A DNA stretch of 64,000 nucleotides from Laetmonice hystrix (taxonomy: Eukaryota), in contig OZ249436.1 of assembly GCA_965235115.1 (NCBI GenBank), positions 47,122,001 through 47,186,000 of the forward strand, written 5' to 3'. The notes below the pieces were generated by a model. The model was given only the letters and a program-made list of their open reading frames with translations. It did not search any database and was not told the DNA's origin. Positions 26,201 through 44,228 of this stretch are shown piece after piece; the stretch's first letter is position 1, and the number at the start of each line of letters is the position of its first letter. The position numbers and the translations under genes are program-made.

Positions 26201-29200
26201 TGGTCCTCGCATGAAGGTGGTGTTGGCGAGTTGATTCTGAGCGTACAGACACCCCAGGAAAATCAGGTAGGATGCGGCAAAACTAAAATAACAGCAATAC
26301 GTTTCAATATCAAAAGATATCTTTGCCGAAGATATCTTTGCCAAAGATATCTTTTGGACTAGTGCTGTCTGGATAGGGAGAGAGCGAGTGTTTCAATAAA
26401 AACCTCTCACCTGGCTCCAGCGAGGTTTTCAAAGATATCTTTAGGCTTTATTGAAATTAAGTTAGCAGAGATAATTTGATCACAGCTGCCTTCTCATTCA
26501 TATTCTCCATATACATACCTAATGAATTTATTAATTGGACACCTCCAAGATTTTACAAATTGTGTCCTAGGGATGATAAGATAGATGAGTGACATGACTG
26601 GTAGCAGGAGGATTCTGGGAAGGAGGCGTGCTAACTTGGCAAAATAACTCAACCGACGCCAGTCCTGCCACTCGCCTAGCCACGCGGCCCGCAGTACCTG
26701 CTGGCAGTTAGCGTGGGCCACGAACTGTTCGGAGAGAAACAATAAACCAGTTACATTCAGTATCACGCTCACTCGAAAAGACATGAATGATTTATTAAAT
26801 CTCTTTGTTGGGTCGTAGGGGACATCATTGTCACAGTTCATAGATATCACGGAGGCGGGTTACTCTCTGAGAAAACAGTTTTGTTTCTTATGAACCAACA
26901 GCTTAGACTGCAGGATCCAGGAGGTTAGGGCCCTCCCCTTGGCACCAAGACTTCTGAATTTACCCCGCTAACCCCCCTTTTGCCAGACTTCCCCCACCCT
27001 TCCAACATTCTGGATCCGATCCTGCAGACTGTCACTGTTTCTGAGGTTCATCAAGGGACAAAATCTGTATCAGTCCTGAAAAATCTCCCTCCCCCGGCAC
27101 TGTTTCCCTGACAACGCAATCCACTGTAGTAACCCCTGCGGTGGGGGGGGGGGGGGGTATAAATAGAACCCCCGCCACTGTGTGACAGGAGGAACTGACT
27201 CTAATCATGACGAATTCTTACTGAGAGGCAGATATCTTAATTTGACAAAAAGTTGTGGTTAAACCATCAGGCGGGTACTAGCGGGTAGAATGAACTCCTA
27301 ATACGGGGATTACTGGAAGATCAACAGTGAATGCCAGATCTATCCAGCTTACAGCAAACTAGGTTAATCATGACCAGGGGCTTACCAACTGTAGTAGGTC
27401 AATTAGAGGTGTACGTGGCAGGATGGTATGCTACCATGGCAGGATGGTATGCTACCATGGCAGGATGGTATGCTACCATGGCAGGATGGTATGCTACCAT
27501 GGCAGGATGGTATGCTACCATGGCAGGATGGTATGCTACCATGGCAGGATGGTATGCTACCATGGCACGGTGGTATACTACCATGGCAGGATGGTATGCT
27601 ACCATGGCAGGATGGTATGCTACCATGGCAGGATGGTATGCTACCATGGCAGGATGGTATGCTACCATGGCTGGATGGTATGCTACCATGGCAGGATGGT
27701 ATGCTACCATGGCAGGATGGTATGCTACCATGGCAGGGTGGTATGCTACCATGGCAGGATGGTATGCTACCATGGCAGGATGGTATGCTACCATGGCACG
27801 GTGGTATACTACCATGGCAGGGTGGTATGCTACCATGGCAGGATGGTATGCTACCATGGCAGGATGGTATGCTACCATGGCACGGTGGTATACTACCATG
27901 GCAGGATGGTATGCTACCATGGCAGGATGGTATGCTACCATGGCAGGATGGTATGCTACCATGGCAGGATGGTATGCTACCATGGCTGGATGGTATGCTA
28001 CCATGGCAGGATGGTATGCTACCATGGCAGGGTGGTATGCTACCATGGCAGGATGGTATGCTACCATGGCAGGATGGTATGCTACCATGGCACGGTGGTA
28101 TACTACCATGGCAGGGTGGTATGCTACCATGGCAGGATGGTATGCTACCATGGCAGGATGGTATGCTACCATGGCACGGTGGTATGCTACCATGGCAGGA
28201 TGGTATGCTACCATGGCAGGATGGTATGCTACCATGGCAGGATGGTATGCTACCATGGCAGGATGGTATGCTACCATGGCTGGATGGTATGCTACCATGG
28301 CAGGATGGTATGCTACCATGGCATGATGGTATGCTACCATGGCACGGTGGTATACTACCATGGCAGGATTGTATGCTACCATGGCAGGATTGTATGCCAC
28401 CATGGCACGGTGGCATACTACCATGGCAGGATGGTATGCTACCATGGCTGGATGGTATGCTACCATGGCAGGATGGTATGCTACCATGGCAGGATGGTAT
28501 GCTACCATGACAGGATGGTATGCTACCATGGCACGGTGGTATACTACCATGGCAGGGTGGTATGCTACCATGGCAGGATGGTATGCTACCATGGCAGGAT
28601 GGTATGCTACCATGGCACGGTGGTATACTACCATGGCAGGATGGTATGCTACCATGGCATGATGGTATGCTACCATGGCAGGATGGTATGCTACCATGGC
28701 AGGATGGTATGCTACCATGGCACGATGGTATGCTACTATGACACGGTGGTATGCTACCATGGCAGGATGGTATGCTACCATGGCAGGATGGTATGCTACC
28801 ATGGCAGGATGGTATGCTACCATGGCAGGATGGTATGCTACCATGGCATGATGGTATGCTACTATGACACGGTGGTATGCTACCATGGCAGGATGGTATG
28901 CTACCATGGCAGGATGGTATGCTACCATGGCATGATGGTACGCTACCATGGCACGGTGGTATACTACCATGGCAGGATGGTATACTACCTTGGAGGGATA
29001 TACCTGAGGTCGTCGCCAGTATGACGTCTTCGCGTCTTTTAGCTAGTTTTACTGGTGGAGAACCCGGAATATGCGGGGAAATCAACGACCTTGCAGCAAG
29101 TAACCGATAAACTTTCTGCCATACGGAACAAAGGGTTCGAACCCTGAGGTGAGACAGCCTGTCATCACCAAGCAGTCTGAGATCACTCAATTCCCGCCCC

Positions 29201-31609
29201 CACCCCCACCCCCACCCCTGCCCCCAACCCCAAGTTTTTGTATGTTTTAATCAGATTCTGTACCTTTTTCTGGTCACACTCTATGGCAAGTGCCACCCTG
29301 GAGAACATGCGCTCTGGCCTCCGGTCAGTGTCTGACGATCGCTCGAGGATTGTTTCAACCTCCTCCGAGGTCCGGCACTGAGCGAGGAGATCGACAGCAA
29401 ACTGGGAACACTGCTCGGATAACCGCATGTACTCGGCCTGCAATACCAGAGGACTCGGTGACAGTTCAGTGAGGTTACAAACCCAGAGGACTCGGTGACA
29501 GTTCAGTGAGGTTATAAACCCAGAGGACTCGGTAACAGTTCAGTGAGGTTACAAACCCAGAGGACTCGGTGACAGTTCAGTGAGGTTACAAACCCAGAGG
29601 ACTCGGTGACAGTTCAGTGAGGTTATAAACCCAGAGGACTCGGTGACAGTTCAGTGAGGTAAAAAAAAACAGAGGACTCCGCCACATCTCAGTGAGGTTA
29701 CCAAACCAGAGGACCCCGTCATCTGAGTGAGGTTACCAAACCAGAGGACCCCGTCATCTGAGTGAGGTTACCAAACCAGAGGACCCCGTCATCTGAGTGA
29801 GTTTACAAAACCAGAGGACTCTATCACATCTCAGTAATATTGCAAAATCTCTGACTGGGTGGTATCCCACTATAGATTACAAAATCACAGGACTGAGCGA
29901 ATAGGGATCAAACTTAATAGAAAGTAACTCCAAAAGACACATAGGCGTACTTTGAATTCCGGCTCGTGTCTGGCGCAGCCGGCCAGTTCGCTGCTCCTCT
30001 CGAAGGCAGTTTTAATTGGGTCGGAGGTTGATTGACAGATGTAAGATGGACAAGCCAGAGCCTGGTACGCGTGATAACGGGCCTTACAATCACTCAACGT
30101 CTCGCCACCTTTCTTCTGGGCACATCTCTCCTTGCAGAAACCTTTTTATGACAGAAATATCTTTTTGGTATCATGTATGCCTGCTGCCAGAACTAAAAGT
30201 ACTTTACTGGGTGCAATTTAAATACCCTTTCGTTTTAGTTTCTCTCAGACTGACTCTTCGACATCAGCCAGGATACGACCCTGTTTAGGTCTATATATAT
30301 TTGAATAAAACAAGGTTTTAACTCCACCTGTATAATTAACCTCATTAATTGGTATCCTGTTAATTAATTGGATAGTACATGTATAGTGGTGTGCTTACAG
30401 TCAGGTTTGTGTGGGTGTGTGATCGTATGGCCCCGTTCTAACAACACCTGTATGACTTTGTAGTGATCACTTTGAGCGGCCAGGATGAGCGGTGTGACGT
30501 CACTAGAAAACTCGGCACTCTCGATACATCCGGGCACTGACAGCGACGTGCCTGACATCCTGTTAGAGAGAGGGGACAGGCACAAGACTTGTGAAAGTAA
30601 TGTATTAGCAGGTACGACCGATACGTGGGAAGTCTGCTATGACAAGTAGATAAAGAGAGCGTCAGAGGCCATGAAACCGGTGTCTACCTTTGGTGGTCGA
30701 GTAGCATCTGAACAATGACGACGTTACCGATCTCCACGGCATGAAGAACAGCGTCACCCAGAATAATGTTCTCAAAACTGAGCAGATATTTTACCATCGG
30801 TTCGTCCTCGTTCTTCACGGCCACAACTAGTGGAGTTTGTCCTTGGTACGCCCGGCAGTTTATGTTTACGTTCCTCATCGTCTGGTCAGTGGAGATTAAT
30901 GAACTTTTACACAAAACACACACCTTGGAAAGACATTTTTACACAAAACACACACCTCGGGAAGACACTTTTACACAAAACACACACCTCGGGAAGACAC
31001 TTTTACACAAAACACACACCTTGGGAAGACACTTTTACACAAAACACACACCTCGGGAAGACACTTTTACACAAAACACACACCTCGGGAAGACACTTAC
31101 ACAAAACACACACCTCGGGAAGACACTTTTACACAAAACACACACCTCGGGAAGACACTTACACAAAACACACACCTCGGGAAGACACTTTTACACAAAA
31201 CACACACCTCGGGAAGACACTTTTACACAAAACACACACCTTGGGAAGACAGAAAATATGTGATGCGGTTACAAATGCTCTGGACGGCAACACAACCATT
31301 TTTGTTCCATGTGTTGAGGACCCAGGAGGGCACGTTCACCCCCCCCCCCCCACCCCACGCGCCTCACGTAACGTTCACATACCTCGACGAAAGCCATCAC
31401 CTGTTCCAGATCGCCACTCTCCACCAAGTCGTAGAAGCGGCGGTCAATACCGCCGAGGTGAGGAAGGAGGTCGGTAGGTCGGAAGCCAAGCTCCCGGCCC
31501 AAGGTGTCCTCAGGATCCAACAGCTCTGCTGTGCTGCCATACTGCCGTCCTGCCCGCCTGGTTGGCCGGTGGCTGCTCGACAGAGACTTCTTTCTGTTTC
31601 CTGATGCAA
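20247..31609 (-). CDS. TRPC-family (canonical transient receptor potential) cation channel; first coding exon not located
   Basis: Phase-compatible exons in transcript order: 31609-31383, 30881-30688, 30559-30399, 30141-29951, 29437-29264, 26724-26519, 26282-26191, 24286-24181, 23614-23392, 23277-23114, 22782-22539, 21287-21108, 20859-20800, 20543-20247. Ankyrin repeats ([27 protein letters not shown]), [34 protein letters not shown], pore [19 protein letters not shown] box EWKFAR and [11 protein letters not shown]. Confidence 0.93.
21284..21919 (-). repeat. 37-bp tandem repeat, ~17 copies, each containing the acceptor of the TRP-box exon
   Basis: Minus-strand unit GACACTGGTGACGTTAAAGTGAGACCTTTGTGTTTAG; the real exon begins tttgtgtttag|GACAATGCTGACGT at 21287. 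Confidence 0.93.
21942..22281. mobile_element. Non-autonomous TTAA-flanked element, Kolobok-like
   Basis: TTAA|AGGTGCTATTCGT ... ACGAATAGCACCT|TTAA: perfect 13-bp inverted ends, purine-purine start, TTAA duplication. Confidence 0.75.
24258..25512 (-). repeat. 39-bp tandem repeat, 32 copies, made of the TRPC S2-exon acceptor plus the first 29 exon nt
   Basis: Minus-strand unit GACTGGAGTGGCTGATAGTACTGTACATT+TGTATACCAG. 25501-24286 = 1215 nt = 31x39 + 6 (two 42-nt copies). Confidence 0.95.
26302..26456. mobile_element. Short MITE with aaagatatcttt sub-repeats; related copy at ~735-885
   Basis: Ends tttcaata / tattgaaa, palindromic aaagatatcttt repeated; same layout with aaagagtcttt near 735-885. 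Confidence 0.5.
27416..28990. repeat. 21-bp minisatellite, ~75 copies, each with an internal hairpin
   Basis: Unit ggcaggATGGTAtgcTACCAT lies inside the TRPC intron separating ...CDQKK from FVAH... Confidence 0.96.
29446..29835. repeat. 35-37-bp minisatellite abutting the acceptor of TRPC exon 29437-29264
   Basis: Unit ccagaggactcggtgacagttcagtgaggttacaaac, grading into a ccagaggaccccgtcatctgagtgagg variant. Confidence 0.9.
30903..31250. repeat. 30-32-bp minisatellite, ~11 copies, ~20 nt from a TRPC acceptor
   Basis: Unit cacttttacacaaaacacacacctcgggaaga. Confidence 0.93.
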
Positions 31610-34600
31610 CTGGAAATATATCTTAGGGTAATTATGATGTCCTGCTCAAACAATACCCGACTGGTCAAACGTTAAAAATCGGTATTTCATAGAACTTTTG
31701 CTGTTTTCATAAAGAGATCCTTCATTGAAATTGCTTAGTAAACAAAGACAGACTTATCAGTTTCATTTTGCGTGAGAAATCGAAGTTTATTAAGCTCCCT
31801 TGCCCCCTTCTCTGCCGATTTCGTAAAATATTTTTTTCTGATGCGGGGTGATCGAGTGCCATTGCTGAATTGTTTACAACTAAGCAAAGCACGTGACTAA
31901 GCACATGCAGAGAGTGCACACGCAGGATGTGACGCAGTATGCGATTACACGGGTTGATGGGGGGTTGTCCGCCAAATTATGGCGGGAAATGTGCTATCGG
32001 GAGAAATCTATAGGTTTGGTCGTATAGAACCTACTTGTGCTGCATACGCAGCGAAAACACGTCGGAGGACAAAATGCTGTGGTAGGATTATTTACTTGGA
32101 TCCCTAGTACACGGTCATGTTGGATAATTGTCGGAAATCCTCAAAAACGTGTTTCATAGCATGCCCCTTTAAAGAAACACTTTACTACATGTGTATCAGG
32201 ACATCGACCATGAGGACATGGGGGGGGGGGGCATTGCCTGAAACATTGTAGAGTTGTCTGGAGATAGATCTTCGCCATCGGGGGTGTACTACCTAGCCTT
32301 TGGCACCGGAACGCCGTATAGTTGTTAAGCTATATGGTTACGTTATGTCTATTCTCCCCCTAGAACATAAAATTTAAAAAATGTGCACTTTCCTTCATTC
32401 TGAGTATAAGTAGACCGAGGCGCTATATTTTGCTGATGTTGTGAACTCAGTATATTATCATTATCATGTGGCCATGATGCTCTAAGATGTTGCCTTTAGT
32501 AATTTTAAAATGTGACTCTTTATTTATTCAATTAATGTACCCCCATCCCACCCCCAAATTAGTGGCCCGCGGCAGGTCCATGGACCATTGGTTGTACGGC
32601 TCTGTCTATGATAACCCGGTATTCTCTTGTATCGATATTTTGACATTATGTATCAATGTATTGTAACCAAGTGGGGGTCTACGTTTGGTGGATGGATGGT
32701 GGCGGACCCTCGTGGTCACAGATGGAAAACTAGAACAACCGGGTTCTTCAGAAACTTAGTCCATTAGACTTAGGACAACAGCCAATTGAAAAGCCTGAGA
32801 TGTTACGATTGGGACAACAGCGTGCGGCGATCGGCGGAGGTTGAGTGTTTTCAGCTCGGCTCTTCAAGTAACATCTGGCATTGTGTCCCGTCCCGTTCTG
32901 ACTAGCCTATTCCCTGCTCTGATATTTATATCCAGAGACCTCTCACCGGGAGTTTCCCGACTTATCTTGTTTAACTGTTTATCAAACTGTCTATTCTGCA
33001 CGATATGACCGGGGTTTGGCTAACCTTATGACCCTGAACAATGTTAACATACATGAATTTATAATAACAACCATCGGTTATCTGACCCCTTCACCCTGGT
33101 GAATGTCAATTGCCACTGGTTGCCATAGAGACGTACCTCAGCACACTGATATTACTTGTGCCGAGAATGTGTGACTAAATTGTTTCTGGAATTCCCCCAA
33201 CCCCGTCGTCATTAATCAAGGTATTCTCCCCTCCGTCAGCACACGCTGCTGAATCACTCCTAAACTAAAATAGACTAATAATGATGTCATGTTCCGACCA
33301 TCAGAGCCCTCTGGTGGCTCCCTCCCCTGCAGCCCCCTAGCGGCAAAAAGGTGACTTTGTTACAGTATCATAACAGGCACAAAATATTGGGATGCATCCA
33401 GGGATGTGCACAGAAAATTATCATCTCATTAAGTGCCGGGCGGTAGTTTTGCGCTAAAGCCAGAATAGTATTTTCAACTAGAGATGCAGCCAAATTATTT
33501 TTCTCGAAGAAATTGGAACCGGACAATTTGTTTATAAAATCTTCCTACAGAACCCCCATAGTGGTTATAGCGCCTTAGGAAGGAATGGACAGGAGACAGA
33601 ATGGGAAGTTATTATGTAGGCCTAGATCCCTACATACATTAGAGAGGTTTCACCACACGTTTTGCACCGTGTATACCTGAGGCAAAGTCACGACCTGCCC
33701 ACCCGTACAGGATCCGTCAGGCAGAGTTATTTTGCTATGAGTCCCTCTGACGCTCTATAGGTACACAGGTTACCCCGCGTTCACATTGGAGGCTTGTTTC
33801 GACGCCTACCCGCTGTTTCGGGTGGCCACCTGTATATGAACGCAATCATCCGACATAACTTACGTCGCGTAACCCCCCGAGTTAGATCGGGTAAATTGGC
33901 GGCATAGCTATGTCGGTAGACTACTTACGTCGGGTAACTTCAATTTGAACGCTCGCTTGCCGACATAGTGCACCATAGTGCACCAGGGGGCGCTGGTGCA
34001 TTGATGCCGCCCTGAAAATCTGTTCACACTATGAAAAATACGCGTTTCTTGGTAGGCCTACCAAACCTTTGGCCAGGTCTCACTTCGTGATGAGGTCTAC
34101 TGCTAAGTTGGCTTTACCCATTTTTTGTTAAAACGGCAGCTTGACCTTCTGCGACGCCAGCTAGTGGCTGTTCTGGGGTGATTCGCTTCTCGACACGCTC
34201 TGGTGGATATTGACTTTAGTGTGGGTAAAGGTAGCTCAATATGAACGTGAGCAGCCTTAAGATCATATCAGATGTGCCGGACGATTTTGCACCGGACGAG
34301 CAGTGTGAACCCCACCTTGTCCTTAGTTAGGACAGCTGGTCAGCAGGCAAAATGTGCTCAGTTTAATTCCATTTATCACTTAGATCTCCAACCATGGTTT
34401 ATAGGCCTATTACAAACACTTGAACTCAACATGAATGTTTTGATGGTACAAACTCTAGGTACAGTTTGATCTTAGGCCCCCTATATTTTTAAATAATATT
34501 TTTGGTACACGTTCCATGCATCAGATCAGGCCCTACTGGTAAACTCGCCTCCACACGCCCCATGCATGTCGTCTGTTCGGTTATACTATTTTTACAGATG

Positions 34601-35037
34601 AGTACACATTTCGGTCACCCGTCAGTCTACCCGTATCCGTTCCTGTGAACCCTCGCTATTTATGAGATGATACCGCGAGGCCTGCCGGGCAGCACTTCAA
34701 GCCCCTGGCCTGGGCACATCCCTGTGCATCATAATATTCAATAATATTAATTAATAGATTTATATTGGTAATCGTTTAAGGCAGCCTGAATTAGTATTGA
34801 AGAAATTGCTGCCTTCTACTAAGTTCTAGTTCTAGATGCTGACTATAGGCACGTGATAACGTAAGCCCTCGCCTCGTCATGGCCCGGGTAACCGATGTGC
34901 GGGCGGGGGGGGGGGGGGGGGGGGTAGCCTCATACCCTGGCCTGGCCAGAACACAAAAACCACATTTACTAGGCTATAATGCATAAATGGCACATACGAC
35001 CAGCGCGCAGTTGATCCTACCGGGGGAATGGGGTGGG

Positions 35038-35270
35038 GTTACAGGGCCACTGAGGGTGTCTGTAACTGTAAGTTACCCCCCCCCCCCCTCCCCGCCGTTA
35101 CAGGGTCACTGAGGGTGTCTGTAACTGTAAGTTACCCCCCCCCCCTCCCCGCCGTTACAGGGTCACTGAGGGTGTCTGTAACTGTAAGTTACCCCCCCCC
35201 CCCCCTCCCCGCCATTACAGGGTCACTGAGGGTGTCTGTAACTGTAAGTTATCCCCCCCCCCCCGCCCTT
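35038..35270. repeat. ~60-63-bp tandem repeat with poly-C tract, 4 copies
   Basis: Unit ttacagggtcactgagggtgtctgtaactgtaagtta(c)n tccccgccg. Confidence 0.85.
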
Positions 35271-35713
35271 GCCATTGCCCTTGCCTAAGTTGGGTCCAAT
35301 TCTAATTCGTCTAATTTAGGGTCACTGGATAGTTTACCATGGTTTAGTGATACCCAGCCTTTTCTAGAATCAGTAACGTTTATTATTGTAATATGATTAC
35401 TAACATAAATCAATTCTAACATAACAAAATCGTCAAACACAGAATGTCAATGAACTGAAGTCCGGCCACCTGTGATATGAGGAAACGGTCTCGGCATTCT
35501 CGCCAATCCTGGAAACTGAAGCTCGCTGTCTTGACCGCTCTTTCGTTTTGGCTATTAAATATTGCTGTTCAACCCTTCTACCTCAAAGAATACATTACGT
35601 TGACTTTATGGTCACAATCATGGGTCGATTAGAAGAAAATCAAGGTAGAAACGGTAGCTACGCTATGCTCGCCGACTAATGTTGACATCAGTGTCATCAC
35701 CCAGCAGACGGGG

Positions 35714-35772
35714 ACTTCCGGTGAACTGCGCAGGCGCGAGAACATCACATGACCCGACGTGATCATGTGACT
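35714..35772 (+). promoter_or_regulatory. Candidate cathepsin promoter: ETS-type ACTTCCGG and two M-box/CLEAR-like E-boxes
   Basis: ACTTCCGG 35714-35721, TCACATGA 35745-35752, TCATGTGA 35763-35770, 85-140 nt upstream of ATG 35855. MiT/TFE (TFEB/MITF) factors bind such motifs at lysosomal genes. Confidence 0.5.
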
Positions 35773-35854
35773 GACCCGTGTTGTAAACAAGGTGAGAGTG
35801 GGAGGCGTGACTTGACTGTTGTTGTTGTTGGAGTCAAGTTTTCCAAGACAAGAC

Positions 35855-42001
<6,147 letters not shown>

Positions 42002-44228
42002 AACTTGGCAAACCCAGGGCAACATAGATTCATGGGGGTCGCGAGGTGGGGGCAAAGGGGGCAATGCCCCCTTGAAAATATGAGAAAAAAACGTGTTTTA
42101 AAATTAACGTGAAACGCAAATGTGATTGGCTTCACCCTCCATATCAGGTTGTGTGCCCTCCCTGGAAGAAATCCTAGCGACGCCCGTGCTTAGGTTTGAC
42201 GTCCGCCTTGCACATATCAGCTTCACTATGCCTTATTGTTACTCCGCCGTAACATTCCATGAATTAAACCAAGGTTTATATATCTTGAATATAATTTTTT
42301 ATCATTAAAAAACGATATTGGGTACAAAGAAAACCATTCCAGAAGAGAGATCTCAGGTTGGTCGTACAGAAATTTTACGAGGTTTTACTACAATGGAATG
42401 TTTCTACTTTCTGACAAAATATAGGCCAATATCATCATCGTATTATAAGGGCAGACATTATGAACATTTTCCCAGCAAAGTGTATTTTCCTGCCCAGCCG
42501 GCAGAGCATTTAATTTTTAATTCATGGACTGATATATTACCATGTGTCTTTCAGACGGTCGTTGTATTGTACCAGATGAAAATACGTTTGAATAGAATAC
42601 TGTAATTAGATTATTGGGTTTGGTTTTTGTATAAACACATTGAGGAGAGTTGATAATTTATATCAGACTCAGTGGATTACGTCAAACCGGAGACTTGGTC
42701 AGTATGTGTGTACTTACGTTTAATACATACATGCGGTAATTATTGTTTCAGTGCACCGGGGGCCCGGTTTTAAAAACTTATGGTCTTGCAAAGACTTAAG
42801 ATTAACGCTTCTAGCACCCAATAGCACGCTGGGTGAAAACTCTCTTCTTGAAGAAGGAGAGACCAAGAGAGTTCTCTCTTCTTGAAGAAGGAGAGAAAAT
42901 GGCTGAAAAACTGAGCACTTAGACTCGGGGCTGAAGTTGATCGTGTGGTTAATGTGCTTAACAATTTCTCGGGTCAATGGGAAAAATCATAATTTTCTTT
43001 TTATCTTGTAACGTTCACTGGGGGGCATATCATATCAAGTTGGTGAAAGCAATAAAAACCGATCAATAAAAACGCCTGTTCGTTTGTGTCTCTGTGAATC
43101 ATGTTAGATAATACTCAACAATTATTGAGATCAGTGTCGGATCCAGGATTTCAAGACGGGGGGCGACAAGAAAAGTGTTGAAATGGACGCTTCTGTTGGG
43201 GTAAATTTGAAATGGTGCCTTGACAAGTTTGACATAACTGGTCAAAAAATTATGACTAAAGTGGTGTCCTCGAAGACGACAAAAGTGGGCGATTTTTTGA
43301 CAAAAGTGATGACCTGTGACAAAAGTGGGCATTTTGTGTGACAAAAGTGGTGACCTGTGACAAAAGTGGTAAAAATGACAAAAGTGGTTGCTACATGTGG
43401 TATAGGAGCATGGTATTAGTGCTGTGAGATGGGCCTAAATCTGCCAAATCTGCTCGGGGAGCTTTTCACTCCCTACAAGGATCAGGAATGTGTGTAAACG
43501 GTGTGAACACGGAAGTGATATCGGCTCTCTTTAACACTGCCATTCTGACTTATGGCAAGACTATTGGGATGGGTAGGATGTGCCACTCGCGCATCCCCAA
43601 CGGGGATCGGAGCACACTAGCGCCATCTATGTGCAGATAGGCCACCAAAAGTTTTGACGACACCCACTTCAGTTCAGTCTCTACATGATCAAACCGCCCC
43701 TACCCTACAAACACTTATACTAGGCCTAAAACCTACCTACACTTTTATTACAAGTATGACCGTACACCACAGCCACATCAGCAGCAGTTTGTTTGGGGTG
43801 ATTGACCCCCCCCCCCCCCCCGAGGCATTTTCAGAAGATCGGCTTCAATCCGGTTATATTTGACTGAAATTCGATTGGAGATCCTGAAGTGCATGGTGAA
43901 TTAGTCTCTAAGTGAAGAATTCGGCACAACGTTTTTCACGAAACCCTTTACTTGGGGAACTCTTGTCCTCCGAAGGAATAAAACAACATGTTTGGTGATA
44001 TTAAAGTGATTCAGGAGTAGTTGGTGAACGTCATTGATGAAAAATAAGTTGTCAAATAATAAACAGCGCCATTCTGACGCGTCTCTGTAGACTTCGATTC
44101 ACTATACTCGGTTAGGCATGCGCAATTCATGATACCGAACTCAAATACTGGTTACTTGACTGAATGCGGGTAGTCAGTCACTCGGGTGTGACTTGACTGC
44201 TGCGGAGTCAAGTTTTCCAAGACAAGAC

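Noticed and set aside
27331..29190. Long ORFs in five frames (AGWYATM, HPAMVAY, CHGSIPS repeats)
   Set aside because: By-product of a stop-poor 21-bp unit; the flanking TRPC exons join directly (DQKK|FVAH) without it.
31610..35700. First coding exon of the TRPC gene
   Set aside because: Several donor-like sites (~32682, ~33136, ~33676) but no convincing ATG-initiated phase-1 exon; left uncalled.
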